Part shown: one piece after another, positions 10,275 through 20,193 of the stretch
How the letters are laid out: the number at the start of each line of letters is the position of its first letter
How positions within the stretch are numbered: the stretch's first letter is position 1
Origin: Myxococcota bacterium
GTDB lineage: Bacteria > Myxococcota_A > UBA9160 > UBA6930
Assembly: GCA_965223415.1 (NCBI GenBank)
Contig: OZ245002.1
Coordinates: 5,376,001-5,440,000, forward strand
Length of the DNA: 64,000 nucleotides
Reading direction: 5' to 3'
Made by a program: the position numbers and the translations under genes
Notes under the pieces: generated by a model
The model's input: only the letters and a program-made list of their open reading frames with translations
What the model was told of the DNA's origin: nothing
Databases searched by the model: none

Positions 10275-11561
10275 GTGAGGGAGGGGGGCGTGGGGCAGCG
10301 GCGACTGAGGCAGGAGGAAGTGATGACGATCGAAGTGCTGCACGAGCGGGGGTGCTCGAACCGGGAGATCGCCCGCCAGCTGGGGATCCGGGAGAGCGCG
10401 GTGCGCTACCGGCTGAAGCGGCTGGCGGAGGGGGCGCGAGACGGCCGGAGCGGGAAGCCCTTCCTGGCCGAGGCGGTCCACGAGGTGATCGCGGAGTGGC
10501 TGGAGGCGAGCTCGGGAGGCCGTGGCGTGAACCTGCAGGAGCTTCACGAGTTCCTGGTGGAGGAGCACGGGTACACGGGGAGCTCCAAGAGCGTGCAGCG
10601 GTACGTGCGGGCCCGGTTCCCGAGACCGAAGGTGCGGAGCCGGCGTCGGGTGGAGACACCGCCCGGGGCGCAGGGTCAGGTGGACTGGGGCGAGTTTCCG
10701 GGCGTGCGGATCGGGGGCCAGGAGGTGGACCTGCATGCCTTCCACCTGGTGCTCTCGCACTCGCGGCGAGAAGCGGTGGTGTGGTCGGAGCGGGCGGACA
10801 CGCTGGCGTGGCTGGACGTGCACAACCGGGCCTTCGAGCGGCTGGGCGGGGTGCCGGCGGTGCTGCGGGTCGACAACGTGAAGACAGCGGTGGCGAAGGG
10901 GGCGGGGCCATGGGGGACGGTGAACCCGGCTTACGCGAGCTATGCCGGGGCCCTTCGCTTCCACGTGGACGCCACCCGTCCCCGCCAGCCGCAGGAGAAG
11001 GGGAAGGTGGAGCGTCGGATCCTGGGGCACCGGCGGGGCTTCGATCCGCGTCGGCGGGAGCACGAGAGCCTGGAGTCGCTGCAAGCGTGGACGGACGGCC
11101 AGGTGGCGCGCTCGAGCCACCGGCGGCAGTGCCCGGCGACGGGCACGACGGTCTTCCAGGCGTGGGAGGCGGAGAAGCCCCATCTCGGGGCCCTGCCCGA
11201 GCGGCTTCCCGAGCCCTTCGACCTGGCCGTGATGCGACGTGTCGGGCGCGACGCCACGGTGCGCTTCGAGGGGCGTACCTACAGCGTCCCCTTCCGCTTC
11301 GTCGAGCAGAGCGTCGAGGTGCGCGGCTGCGCCCGGCAGGTGCAGGTCTGGGCCGAGGGCTCGGTGGTGGCCGCGCACCCGCGCCACACGCGAAGCCGCC
11401 TGCTGCTGGACCCGAGCCACTACGAGGGGCCGAGCACGGAGGGGGTGGAGGCGCCCGTACCGCTCGGGCGCATGGGTCGACGCCTCCAGGAGCTGTGGGC
11501 GATGGAGCCGGAGCAGCGGCCGATCGACCTCTATGCCGATCTGGCGGAGGTGGCGCGATGA
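10275..11561 (+). CDS. istA: IS21 transposase
   Basis: ETPPGAQGQVDWG, VDNVKTAV, KGKVER. Confidence 0.95.
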   Translation: MREGGVGQRRLRQEEVMTIEVLHERGCSNREIARQLGIRESAVRYRLKRLAEGARDGRSGKPFLAEAVHEVIAEWLEASSGGRGVNLQELHEFLVEEHGYTGSSKSVQRYVRARFPRPKVRSRRRVETPPGAQGQVDWGEFPGVRIGGQEVDLHAFHLVLSHSRREAVVWSERADTLAWLDVHNRAFERLGGVPAVLRVDNVKTAVAKGAGPWGTVNPAYASYAGALRFHVDATRPRQPQEKGKVERRILGHRRGFDPRRREHESLESLQAWTDGQVARSSHRRQCPATGTTVFQAWEAEKPHLGALPERLPEPFDLAVMRRVGRDATVRFEGRTYSVPFRFVEQSVEVRGCARQVQVWAEGSVVAAHPRHTRSRLLLDPSHYEGPSTEGVEAPVPLGRMGRRLQELWAMEPEQRPIDLYADLAEVAR

Positions 11562-12198
11562 CGGCGGGAAACCCGGTGCCCAAGAAGGGCGGCAAGGTGG
11601 ATCTCGACCCGACCCGCGAGCGGCTCGTGCGCCTCGGCCTCCATCACGCGGCCGAGCACATCGGCGAGGAGCTGGCCCGAGCGACCAAGGACGACCTCGT
11701 GCCCCACCGCTTCCTCGACCTGCTGCTCGAGGCCGAGCTGCAGCACCGCGAGGAGCGGAGGATGAAGACCTCGCTCCGTCTCTCGGGCCTTCCCACGGGG
11801 CAGACCCTCGGCAACTTCGACTTCGCCTTCCAGCCGAGTGTGGAGCGGAGCCGGATCGAGACGCTGGGCACCTGCGCGTGGATCCGGGCCAAGGAGAGTC
11901 TGCTGATCCAGGGTCCGCCGGGAGTGGGCAAGACCCACCTGGCGGTGGCCCTGGGGGTGCGGGCCGTGGAGAACGGCTTCTCCGTGGCCTTCCATCGCCT
12001 CGAGGACCTGCTGGCGGCCCTCAAGCGCGACGCCGAGATCAGCCCGCAACGGCTGCGGCGGCGCAAGCACATGAACGTGGCGCTCCTCGTCATCGACGAG
12101 GTCGGTGTCGATTCCCGCGGGCATGACCCAGGTATTCTCACGGGGTTGACCCATGGGTCCCGGGCCGGTGGATGAGGTAGCACGCTCCTTGTTTGGCG

Positions 12199-13005
12199 TC
12201 AGCGGACGCGGGTTCGGCGGCGGCTTCGGCGCTGGGGATTGGCGGGGGTGTGGGTCGGCATTTCGCCGGGGCGCTGTTGCTTGCGGTAGCTCTCGCCCTC
12301 GATGACGAGCTGGTAGGCGTTGTGGGCGAGGCGGTCGAGGGCGCTCTGGGCCAGGATGGGGTCGTCGAAGAGGGGGATCCATTCCTCGATGGCGCGGTTG
12401 CTGGTGACGATCGTCGAAGCGCGGCGGTGGCGTTCGAGGACGACCTCGTAGAGATCGCTCGACTGCTCGGCGGAGAGGCGCCGGAGGCCGAAGTCGTCGA
12501 GGACGAGGAGGTCCGGGGCGAGGAGGCGTCGGAAGACCTTCTCGGTCGAGAGGTCGGCTCGCGACTGGTGGAGCCAGTGGAACATGCGGTCGACGCGGAG
12601 GAAGAGGACGTGGTGCCCGGCCCGGCAGGCGGCGTGTCCCAGGGCGGAGGCCAGGAAGGTCTTGCCCACGCCCACGGGGCCGAGCAGGATGACGTCCTCG
12701 TGGCGCTCGAGGAAGCCGAGGGAGAAGAGGTCCTTCACGCGATCGCGATCGAAGGTGACGGGGGCATCCCAGTCGAAGGCCTCGAGGGTCTGCTCTTCCT
12801 CGAAGCCGGCGCGGGAAAGGCGCGTCTCGAGGTTCTTGTGGTCGCGGCGATCGACTTCGTCCTGAAGGACGAGCTCCAGGAGGTCGAGCTCAGGGAGCTT
12901 CGTCTTCCGGGTGTAGGCCACGCGATCGGGGAGCGTGGCCAGCATGCCCGAGAGCTTCAGGCGTTTGAGCAGGGTCTTGAGGGACGGGTTGATCTCGGTC
13001 GTCAT
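12199..13005 (-). CDS. istB: IS21 helper ATPase
   Basis: GPVGVGKT, LLVLDDFG, LDRLAH. Confidence 0.93.
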   Translation of the reverse strand: MTTEINPSLKTLLKRLKLSGMLATLPDRVAYTRKTKLPELDLLELVLQDEVDRRDHKNLETRLSRAGFEEEQTLEAFDWDAPVTFDRDRVKDLFSLGFLERHEDVILLGPVGVGKTFLASALGHAACRAGHHVLFLRVDRMFHWLHQSRADLSTEKVFRRLLAPDLLVLDDFGLRRLSAEQSSDLYEVVLERHRRASTIVTSNRAIEEWIPLFDDPILAQSALDRLAHNAYQLVIEGESYRKQQRPGEMPTHTPANPQRRSRRRTRVR

Positions 13006-14602
13006 GGGGGGTGGTCTCCTTGTCGGGGTTGTCGTTGGGGTGGGTGAAGTGCCCTTGCGGGCGCAGGAAACGGGGCGGCAGGAGCAGGAGCTGTCCGGGG
13101 GTGCTGGGGTCGCCGAGCGGCTGGATGCCTTCGGCCACGATGCGTTCGAGGCGCTTCGTGTTGATGAGGTCGAAGGCGAGGGCCCTGCGGCAGCCGGCGT
13201 CGACGCGCGGCAGGCCGTACTTGTGGCCGAGGCGAAGCAGCTTCTGGGCCTGGCGGAGCTTGGACCAGGGGAAGGGGCCGGCCAGGAGCTTCTCGGCGAA
13301 GCGCCCAATGTGAGGCCCCTGGTCGCGCGCCTGGCGGATCGCCGCTTCCGGGTCCCGCATGGCGTAGGGGGCACGCTCGGGCGGATAGTCGTGGTAGTCG
13401 GTGGAGCGGCAGCCAGGGTCCACGCGCTCGTGGGTCTTGATGCACTCGCCGTCGACGTACATGCGGATGAGCTTCGAGTCGCCGCGAACCCAGACGCGCT
13501 TGCCCACGTGGCGGGTGGGCACGGTGTAGAAGGCCTTTTGGAACTGGACGTGGTGGTCGGGGTGGACCTTCGCCTCGGCCCAGGTGGGCGGATCGAAGCG
13601 CGGGCGCACGAGGGGCTGCAGAGCCGGCTTCTCCGTGTTCTCGAAGACGGCCAGGGGCCTCTTGCGCGTCGTCCCGTGAGTGCGCTGGCCGGCGACCTCC
13701 AGGCACCAGCGCGCGGCCTCGCGCTGCACGTGGTCGCGTCCCAGCCACTGCTCGCCACGGAAGAAGCGCTCGCGCACGTACTGCACCTGGCGCTCGACGT
13801 GGGGCTTGCCCTTGGGATGCCGAGGCACGGCGGCATCGATGACGAAGCCGCGGTAGTGGGCGTACTCGGCGAAGGTGCGCTGGAAGATCGGCTCGTAGCG
13901 GTCGGCCTTCGTGACGGCCGCCTTCAGATTGTCCAGCACCACGCGCACCGGGACCCCGCCGAAGAACGCCCAGGCGTCCTCGAGCCCCTCGAGCAGATCG
14001 GGGAGCTTCTGGCCGTAGGTCACGTGGACGTACTGGTGGCGGCTATGGACGAGGGTGACGATCAGGGCATGAACGGTGCGGCGGCGCCCGGTCTCCGGAT
14101 CCCAGACCATGCCGAGGCGGCCGAAGTCGACCTCGGCGAGCTCGCCGGGGGCCACCGCCGCCATGCGCACCGTCACCCGGCGCCGGTCTTGGAACCCGCA
14201 GTGGCGGACCGCGAAGCGGTGGAGCGAGCTGTAGGGGACGCGCACGCCCTCGCGCCCGAGCAGGTCGTAGACCTTCGTCAGCCGCAGTCCTCGGCCACCC
14301 GCCTCGGGCTGGAGCCACGCTCGGATCCGGTCGGCATGCGGCGCCAGCTGCGCCTCGCTCTCTCCCGCGTCGCGCTGCGTGGGCACAGGCCGCACCCGAG
14401 CCGCCACCCCTTGGGCCAGGGCCTCATCCGGCTCCCTCGGCCCCCTGGCGACCCAGCCCAGCTCCCCGGCGACTTGCACGTAGCGCCGGATCGTCTTGCG
14501 CGTGTGCCCCGTGGCCCGCGCCATCGCCACCTGGCTCTCGCCTCGGTGCGCCCGGCGGAGCACCTCCAGAATCTCCCACATGCCGACCTCGCGATACGCC
14601 AT
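12890..14602 (-). CDS. istA: IS21 transposase
   Basis: MAYREV start, PGELAEVDFG, LDNLKAAV, KGKPHVER. Confidence 0.93.
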   Translation of the reverse strand: MAYREVGMWEILEVLRRAHRGESQVAMARATGHTRKTIRRYVQVAGELGWVARGPREPDEALAQGVAARVRPVPTQRDAGESEAQLAPHADRIRAWLQPEAGGRGLRLTKVYDLLGREGVRVPYSSLHRFAVRHCGFQDRRRVTVRMAAVAPGELAEVDFGRLGMVWDPETGRRRTVHALIVTLVHSRHQYVHVTYGQKLPDLLEGLEDAWAFFGGVPVRVVLDNLKAAVTKADRYEPIFQRTFAEYAHYRGFVIDAAVPRHPKGKPHVERQVQYVRERFFRGEQWLGRDHVQREAARWCLEVAGQRTHGTTRKRPLAVFENTEKPALQPLVRPRFDPPTWAEAKVHPDHHVQFQKAFYTVPTRHVGKRVWVRGDSKLIRMYVDGECIKTHERVDPGCRSTDYHDYPPERAPYAMRDPEAAIRQARDQGPHIGRFAEKLLAGPFPWSKLRQAQKLLRLGHKYGLPRVDAGCRRALAFDLINTKRLERIVAEGIQPLGDPSTPGQLLLLPPRFLRPQGHFTHPNDNPDKETTPHDDRDQPVPQDPAQTPEALGHAGHAPRSRGLHPEDEAP

Positions 14603-15941
14603 CTGCCTGCGCCTCCTCTGGCGCCGCAGAATGGCCTGGGTCGGCCACGGGACCGGCCTCCTCCTGAGCCCCCCCCATCTGGGGTGGGTCATGCTCGTGA
14701 GAAAACCGCGGTCAGGCCTGGGTCATGCCCGTGAGAAAAGGTGAGTCATGCCCGTGAGAAATGACAGTCGGCTTCGAGCCCATGACGCGCCAGGAGGCGA
14801 GCCTCTTCTTCCGGCTCGTCTCCTACCGCTATGGGAGGGGCTCGATCCTGATCACCACGAACAAGGGCATCGCCGACTGGCCCGAGGTGCTGGCGGGCGA
14901 CGAGGTGCTGGCCACCGCCATCCTCGATCGCCTCCTCCACCACAGCCAGGTGCTCAACATCTCGGGGCGGAGCTACCGGCTCCGCGAGCTCGAGCAGGCC
15001 GCGGGGCAAAGCGCCCAGCGTTGAGGCCCCAGAGGGCGGCCTGACGGCCGTGCTCTCCTTCGGAGAGCGGAAGAGAAGAAGGAAGAACCGAACATCAACC
15101 CAGGGGGGTGCGCAAAACTAGCCGTCCTCTTAGCGCGCAAGAGATGACGTCCCTCGACAAGCCCCAAGCCGAGTTCGGCCGCCGCCGCGCTCGCTTGCTT
15201 CGCATCTCGGCCCGCGAGGGTGACGTCGAGTGAAGTTTCGCGAAGCAACAGCCGCGCGATGGCCCGTCCCGCGGCGCCGTACCCTCCGAGAATCAGTGCC
15301 CGTTCTGCCAAGGTCTCGCTCCCGCGTTGGTGACGCCCTCTCGCTCGGTCCCGACTGTGAGCGTCACGGCGTGAGAGGATGGTATCCGATTCTCCGGAGT
15401 CCCCTGGAGCGAGTCGCCACGGATGCCTTCAAGCACGCGCAAGGCTCACTCGATTCCGAGCCTCTTCATCCTCTTGAAGGCTCCCTCACGAGTGGTCTAT
15501 CCAGATGGATCACTGCGCTATGAGGGCCTCTACGACTAGATGCAGCGACTGGGGATGGGCGAGTCCCGCGCGTTGCCGGATCCGCGGCGTTGTGGGATGA
15601 GGGAACCCAGTGAGGAGCCTACGTCTCTTGCGCCGAGTCCCCAGTTTCGTTCATGACGGTCGGACCAGCCGAGAGGCGAGAAGATCTGATGGCAGGGAGG
15701 CCACGGCCGCTGGAGCTAGCGGTGCAAGGTTCGGCCTCGCGGCTCGCGCTTGGCGCAGTTTCGCTCGGCGCCCAGAACGGATCTGCGATTGTTCGTGCCG
15801 CCCGGCGCCGTTCGGAGCCGCTATCCCGAGGCCCCTATGTGCCCGCCGGTGGCGGGCAATCCCGAACTGACCCTCAGGCCAGGAGGAAGAGGATCACTCG
15901 CAGCTTCCCGCCTAACCACCGAGAGCGAGTAGCCGCGACCT

Positions 15942-16070
15942 GGGATTCGAACCCTCGACCCCCAGGTTCGAAGCCTGGTCTGCAGGGGGTGCAATAGGGT
16001 GCAGGGAGGTGTCGTTTCGACGGCACCAGATCGGCGGACGGCACTGGACGGCGCCTCCCGGGAGAGTCTC
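15942..16070 (-). repeat. tRNA-Arg(TCG) fragment plus conserved flank with GGGTGCA tandem repeat
   Basis: GGGATTCGAACCCTCGACCCCCAGGTTCGAAGCCTGG; flank recurs at about 46768 and 61085. Confidence 0.85.
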
Positions 16071-16350
16071 ACTGGTAGCGATCTCGCACGTTCGTGCTGC
16101 GTACGCACTGGAGCCACATCGACCCGGCTGCGGGGAGGCTCTTCTCCACTCGCTCGAGCGGTGCGACTCCCACTTCCATCCTGCCCCGTTGCGGGTGGTT
16201 CACGTCCATGATGCGCAGCAGCACGGCGCCGATGAGGAGCACGAGCAGCAGCATCGGCGCCCGGCCTCGCTGCGATGCGGCACCGAAGCTCCAGGCCAGG
16301 AAGGCGATGGCGAGCGCCGCTACGGCCAGCAGAAGGAAGTAGAGCGCCTG
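16069..16350 (-). pseudogene. C-terminal fragment of a DUF4239/bestrophin-like membrane protein
   Basis: Two TM helices then IMDVNHPQRG.M.V; no plausible N-terminus. Confidence 0.45.
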
Positions 16351-16394
16351 GGCGCACGACCGAGGCGAGCCGCAGCTCGTGGAGGTCAATCTAG

Positions 16395-16560
16395 ACGGCC
16401 TAGAGCCAGGAAGAGAGGGAGGCGGATCGGTCGGCCAAACGCGCTTACCCAGCGGCAGATCGAGCGTGCTCGCCGGCTTTCCGCCAGTGGCTCCAGCCTG
16501 CCCGAGATCGCCGACATGCTCGGTCCGTCCAAAAGCGCCGTGCACCGAGCCCTGGCCTAA
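16395..16560 (+). pseudogene. Serine resolvase/invertase C-terminal HTH remnant
   Basis: ARKRGRRIGRP.AL...IERAR.L...G.S..EIA..LG.SKSAVHR, a Hin-type HTH. Confidence 0.65.
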
Positions 16561-16634
16561 GTAGCCGCTTCGGCACTAGCTCAGACGGCCACACTTCCCG
16601 CCCCTTCTGATGCCCCGCGGGGTATCATCTCATT

Positions 16635-18509
16635 GTGCCCGGCCCCGAGCGTCGTCTGGCTGCAATCCTCTTTTCCGACATCGTGGGCTACACGGCCCTG
16701 ATGGCACGGGACGAGACCGCCGGGCTCCGCGCCCGGGAGCGCCACCGCAGCCTCCTGGCCGCCCAGGCCCGCCGCTATCACGGCGAGGTTGTGGACGAGA
16801 ACGGGGACGAGCTGGTGCTCTGGTTCCCGAGCGCGGTGGAGGCCGTGAACTGCGCGCTGGCGGCCCGGGCCGAGTTGGCAGGTGCCTCCGATTTCCAGCT
16901 TCGCATCGGCGTCCACCTCGGCGACGTGATCTTCGAGGGAGGCCGCGTCTACGGCGACGGGGTCAACGTGGCCTCCCGGGTGCGGCCCCATGCCGAGCCG
17001 GGCGGAGTGTGTGTCTCGGAACCGGTCTTCGACTCGGTGAAGAACCAACCTAACGTCGAGGCGACCTCGTTGGGGGAGCACGAGTTCAAGAACGTCTCCA
17101 AGCCCGTGGAGGTGTATTCGCTGCGCGGGGCGGCGGCCGAGCCCGCGGCGGCCACCACGCACTCGGGCCAGAACCGGCTTCGCCTGGTGCTTGCATCAGG
17201 TGGCGTAGTCGTTTCCGTCTTGGTGCTAGCGCTCTGGGCCACCTGGCCTCGCCCTCTGGCCTTCGTGCTGGAGGAGGCGGGTCTCCTGGACATCCCCGAG
17301 AACCCGCCGCTACCGGGCAAGCCGTCCGTGGTCGTGCTTCCATTCGACAATCTGAGCGGCGATCCCGAGCAGGGGTTCTTTGCCGACGGCCTGGTTGACG
17401 ACCTGACGACGGATCTCTCAATCCACCAACACCTGTTCGTGATCTCCCGCAACTCTGCGTTCGCATACAAGGGCAAGCCGATCGACATCAGACAGGTGGG
17501 TCGCGAGCTAGGCGTGCGATACGCGGTGGAAGGGAGCGTCCGCCGCGCCGGAGACCGGATCCGCGTAAACGCACAGCTCGTCGAGGCCAGTACGGGCAAC
17601 CACCTCTGGGCCGAGCGGTACGACCGGGACTTGGCGGACCTCTTCGCGATCCAGTCGGAGATCGTCGAGGAGATCCTCCGCGCGCTGAACGTCCAGCTCT
17701 TGGAGGCCGAGCACGAGCGGGTGAGAGCCAAGCCCACCGAGAACCTGAACGCCTACGAGGCGTTTACCAAAGGCCTTCTCCTCCTGAGGCCTGAGGGAGA
17801 TCGGGGCGTCAGTCGCGACGCGGTCCCTCAGGCGCGGCGGCTCTTCGAGCAAGCGACGAACCTCGACCCCGGCTATTCGAACGCGTGGGATGGCCTGGCG
17901 TGGGTGCATCTGCTCCCCGTAAGACACCAATGGGACCAGGATCTCTCTCGTCTGGACCAGGCGGAAACCTACGTGCGTCGTGCCATCGAGCTGGACCCGT
18001 TCAACGCCAACGCCCACGCTGTGCTCGCATGCGTGGCCTTCGAGCGCGGTGACATCGAGGCACATCGTCGAGCGGTAGAGCGAGCTGTGGAGTTGGCACC
18101 CAGCAATGCCTTCGTCCGTGGCGAACTTGCCATGGCCCGTGTCATGCAGCGCCACATGCTCGAATCCCTGCGGGACCTCAATCTCAGCCTGCGCCTCGAT
18201 CCCACGAGGCGCGACCTCTCGAACACCCCTATCGCCATGGTGATGAGGGCACTGGGACAGAAGAAGGAGGCTGCTTCGATCTGGGAGCGCAGGCGAGCGG
18301 CGGACCCGGACAGCCTCGGGGCTCGCCTCAATCTGGTTGCCCACTACCAGGACATCGGCGAGCACGAGAGGGCACGCGAGATCGTTCCGGAGATCCTTGA
18401 AGTGAATCCCGACTTCCGCGTCGGGCGCGGAATGCGTTCGCTGCGAGAAGCCTTCCCCGAGGAGATGGCGCGTGGCGACGCCCTCCTCCGCGAGGCCGGC
18501 CTCCCATGA
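16635..18509 (+). CDS. Adenylate/guanylate cyclase with TM, TolB-like and TPR domains
   Basis: RRLAAILFSDIVGYT, GDGVNVASR, SVVVLPFDNLSGD, TPR-like C-terminus. Confidence 0.92.
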   Translation: MPGPERRLAAILFSDIVGYTALMARDETAGLRARERHRSLLAAQARRYHGEVVDENGDELVLWFPSAVEAVNCALAARAELAGASDFQLRIGVHLGDVIFEGGRVYGDGVNVASRVRPHAEPGGVCVSEPVFDSVKNQPNVEATSLGEHEFKNVSKPVEVYSLRGAAAEPAAATTHSGQNRLRLVLASGGVVVSVLVLALWATWPRPLAFVLEEAGLLDIPENPPLPGKPSVVVLPFDNLSGDPEQGFFADGLVDDLTTDLSIHQHLFVISRNSAFAYKGKPIDIRQVGRELGVRYAVEGSVRRAGDRIRVNAQLVEASTGNHLWAERYDRDLADLFAIQSEIVEEILRALNVQLLEAEHERVRAKPTENLNAYEAFTKGLLLLRPEGDRGVSRDAVPQARRLFEQATNLDPGYSNAWDGLAWVHLLPVRHQWDQDLSRLDQAETYVRRAIELDPFNANAHAVLACVAFERGDIEAHRRAVERAVELAPSNAFVRGELAMARVMQRHMLESLRDLNLSLRLDPTRRDLSNTPIAMVMRALGQKKEAASIWERRRAADPDSLGARLNLVAHYQDIGEHERAREIVPEILEVNPDFRVGRGMRSLREAFPEEMARGDALLREAGLP

Positions 18510-18718
18510 CCGACCGCCGCCGCGCCGCCATCCGCTCCGCCGACATCGCCGGGACAACCGGGCGACGAGAGCTGTTTGAGCGGCGGAGGGTGTGATGGAC
18601 GGGGTGTCGGTAGACCCCTGTCACCCTTTCGGCAGACCGATGGGGCGCAGAGGCGGACTCCGACAAGCCGTGGACACCCGCACGGCCGCGGGAAAACGCA
18701 ATGAAATCCGACGGCTTG

Positions 18719-18817
18719 TGGCGGGGCGGACGGGACTCGAACCCGCGGACCCCGGCGATAAGGGCCCGGAATCGTGAGGGTTTCTCTCGCGGACCCCGTG
18801 CTCAAGTTGTGCTCAAG
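18719..18817 (-). repeat. tRNA-Asp 3' fragment att-like site 1 (right-flank type A)
   Basis: Reverse complement GCGGGTTCGAGTCCCGTCCGCCCCGCCA; GTGCTCAAG x2. Confidence 0.9.
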
Positions 18818-18887
18818 GCCTCCCAGGCCGTCGATACCGGAACAGGCTCTCTTGTGGGAGTACGGTCTTGCCGATATGGTCAACCAT

Positions 18888-19133
18888 ATGAAGACCACGG
18901 TAGAGATCCCCGACCCTCTCGCCGAGGAGGCCAAGGCCGTGGCCCGTCGCGAGAAGACGACCCTGCGCGCGCTGATCGAGGCGGGCCTGCGCCACGTGGT
19001 GCGCGACCGGCGGCGCGGAGCGCGCTTCGAACTCCGCGACGCCAGCTTCGGCGGCCGGGGGCTCCAGCCCGAGTTCCGCGACGGCGACTGGCAGCGCATC
19101 CGCGAGGCCGCCTACGAGGGCCACGGCGGTTGA
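18888..19133 (+). CDS. vapB: VapB-like antitoxin (DUF2191/RHH type)
   Basis: MKTTVEIPDPL..EAK..A; overlaps PIN toxin; palindrome ATATGGT-CA-ACCATAT at 18874-18889. Confidence 0.85.
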   Translation: MKTTVEIPDPLAEEAKAVARREKTTLRALIEAGLRHVVRDRRRGARFELRDASFGGRGLQPEFRDGDWQRIREAAYEGHGG

Positions 19134-19564
19134 TCGCCGTCGACACGAACCTCCTCGTCTACGCGCACCGGACCGAATCGGAATGGCACGAACGGGCCTC
19201 CGCCTGCATCCGCGAGCTGGCGGAGGCCAGGTCGCCGTGGGCCCTGCCCTGGCCCTGCATCCACGAGTTCCTGGCGATCGCCACCCACCCGAGGATCTGG
19301 GATCCCCCGACGCCGACCGAGGCAGCCCTCGATCAGGTCGAAGCTTGGCTCGAGTCGCCGAGTCTGGTGCTCCTCGCCGAGAGCCCGGAGCACTGGAGGG
19401 AACTGCGCGATCAGATCGCGACAGGCCGCATCGCCGGCCCCCGGGTGCACGATGCGCGCATTGCGGCGCTGTGCCTCGAGCACGGAGTCCGCGAGCTCTG
19501 GACCGCGGACCGCGACTTCAGCCGGTTCCCAAGCCTCGCCACCGCGAACCCGCTCGCGGCGTAG
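19130..19564 (+). CDS. vapC: VapC PIN-domain toxin
   Basis: IAVDTNLLVYA, HDARIAAL, WTADRDF. Confidence 0.92.
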   Translation: MIAVDTNLLVYAHRTESEWHERASACIRELAEARSPWALPWPCIHEFLAIATHPRIWDPPTPTEAALDQVEAWLESPSLVLLAESPEHWRELRDQIATGRIAGPRVHDARIAALCLEHGVRELWTADRDFSRFPSLATANPLAA

Positions 19565-19584
19565 CGAAACTGCCGGAGGACGCG

Positions 19585-20193
19585 ATGGCGCAAGAAGAGC
19601 AGCAGAAGATCCGGTCCCGTCTTCGAAGCTACGAGCGAAAGCTCGAGCAAGAGAAAAGGAAGTTCGGCTACTACCACGACGGCGCGGGGAAGCGCTACCA
19701 GATTGCGCCCCACCATATGCTGCTAGGCGACAACGCCGGTGCGCTCGCAGCCTTCGAGTGGTTCGAGCACGAGTTCGATGAAGATATCGGAACGCCCGAC
19801 CACTCGCTTTGTTGGAGCCTCGCGCTCCACCGTGCCGGCAACGAAATCGGCGCTGCCAAGAAGCTGCGGCAGGCCATGCTCAGCAATCTGTACCTCGTTC
19901 CGCACTTGCTCGGTGCGCCGATCTCCGAGCTGGACATCTGGCATGGATCCAGCGACGCGGAGGCCAGGTACGTCGATCACATCCCCGATCAGTATCTCAA
20001 GCTCTGGACCGATGAAGAACGAGAGTGGGCCTCGGGGCTCTACCGAAGCCCCGGCTTCCAGTCCGCCCGCGAGCGGTACATCGAGATCAGCAAGCTCTTG
20101 GACAGCACCCGACCCGGGCCGGAGAGAACTCGTCTGGTCAGGGAGATGCACGAGCTGACCGGTCCGGCTGATCCTTTACTCAAGTCCAGGTAG
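19585..20193 (+). CDS. Hypothetical protein (C-terminus runs into IS481 end)
   Basis: GGAGG RBS, plausible composition; family not recognised. Confidence 0.6.
   Translation: MAQEEQQKIRSRLRSYERKLEQEKRKFGYYHDGAGKRYQIAPHHMLLGDNAGALAAFEWFEHEFDEDIGTPDHSLCWSLALHRAGNEIGAAKKLRQAMLSNLYLVPHLLGAPISELDIWHGSSDAEARYVDHIPDQYLKLWTDEEREWASGLYRSPGFQSARERYIEISKLLDSTRPGPERTRLVREMHELTGPADPLLKSR

Larger units (their letters stand above)
12106..14766 (-). mobile_element. IS21 family element type B, copy 1 (2661 bp)
   Basis: TG...CA ends, repeated GGTCATGCCCGTGAGAA end motifs, 5-bp TSD GTCGG. Confidence 0.95.
11558..15024 (+). pseudogene. istB: IS21 helper ATPase interrupted at Walker B by IS21 type B
   Basis: GPPGVGKT; LLVIDEVG|FEPM split at 12105/14772. 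Confidence 0.9.
10192..15159 (+). mobile_element. IS21 family element type A, copy 1 (2302 bp, interrupted by type B)
   Basis: TG...CA ends, IR TGTCG..GGACGT.AT, 5-bp TSD AGCCC. Confidence 0.95.
7808..15311 (-). pseudogene. Saccharopine dehydrogenase-like oxidoreductase split by IS insertions (pieces 15160-15311, 9862-10186, 7808-8422)
   Basis: ILGGYGAAG N-terminus; pieces sum to 1092 bp and rejoin in frame after removing the IS and target duplications. Confidence 0.85.

Noticed and set aside
14685..14766. GGTCATGCCCGTGAGAA tandem repeats as a novel array
   Set aside because: These are the multiple terminal repeats normal for IS21 ends.
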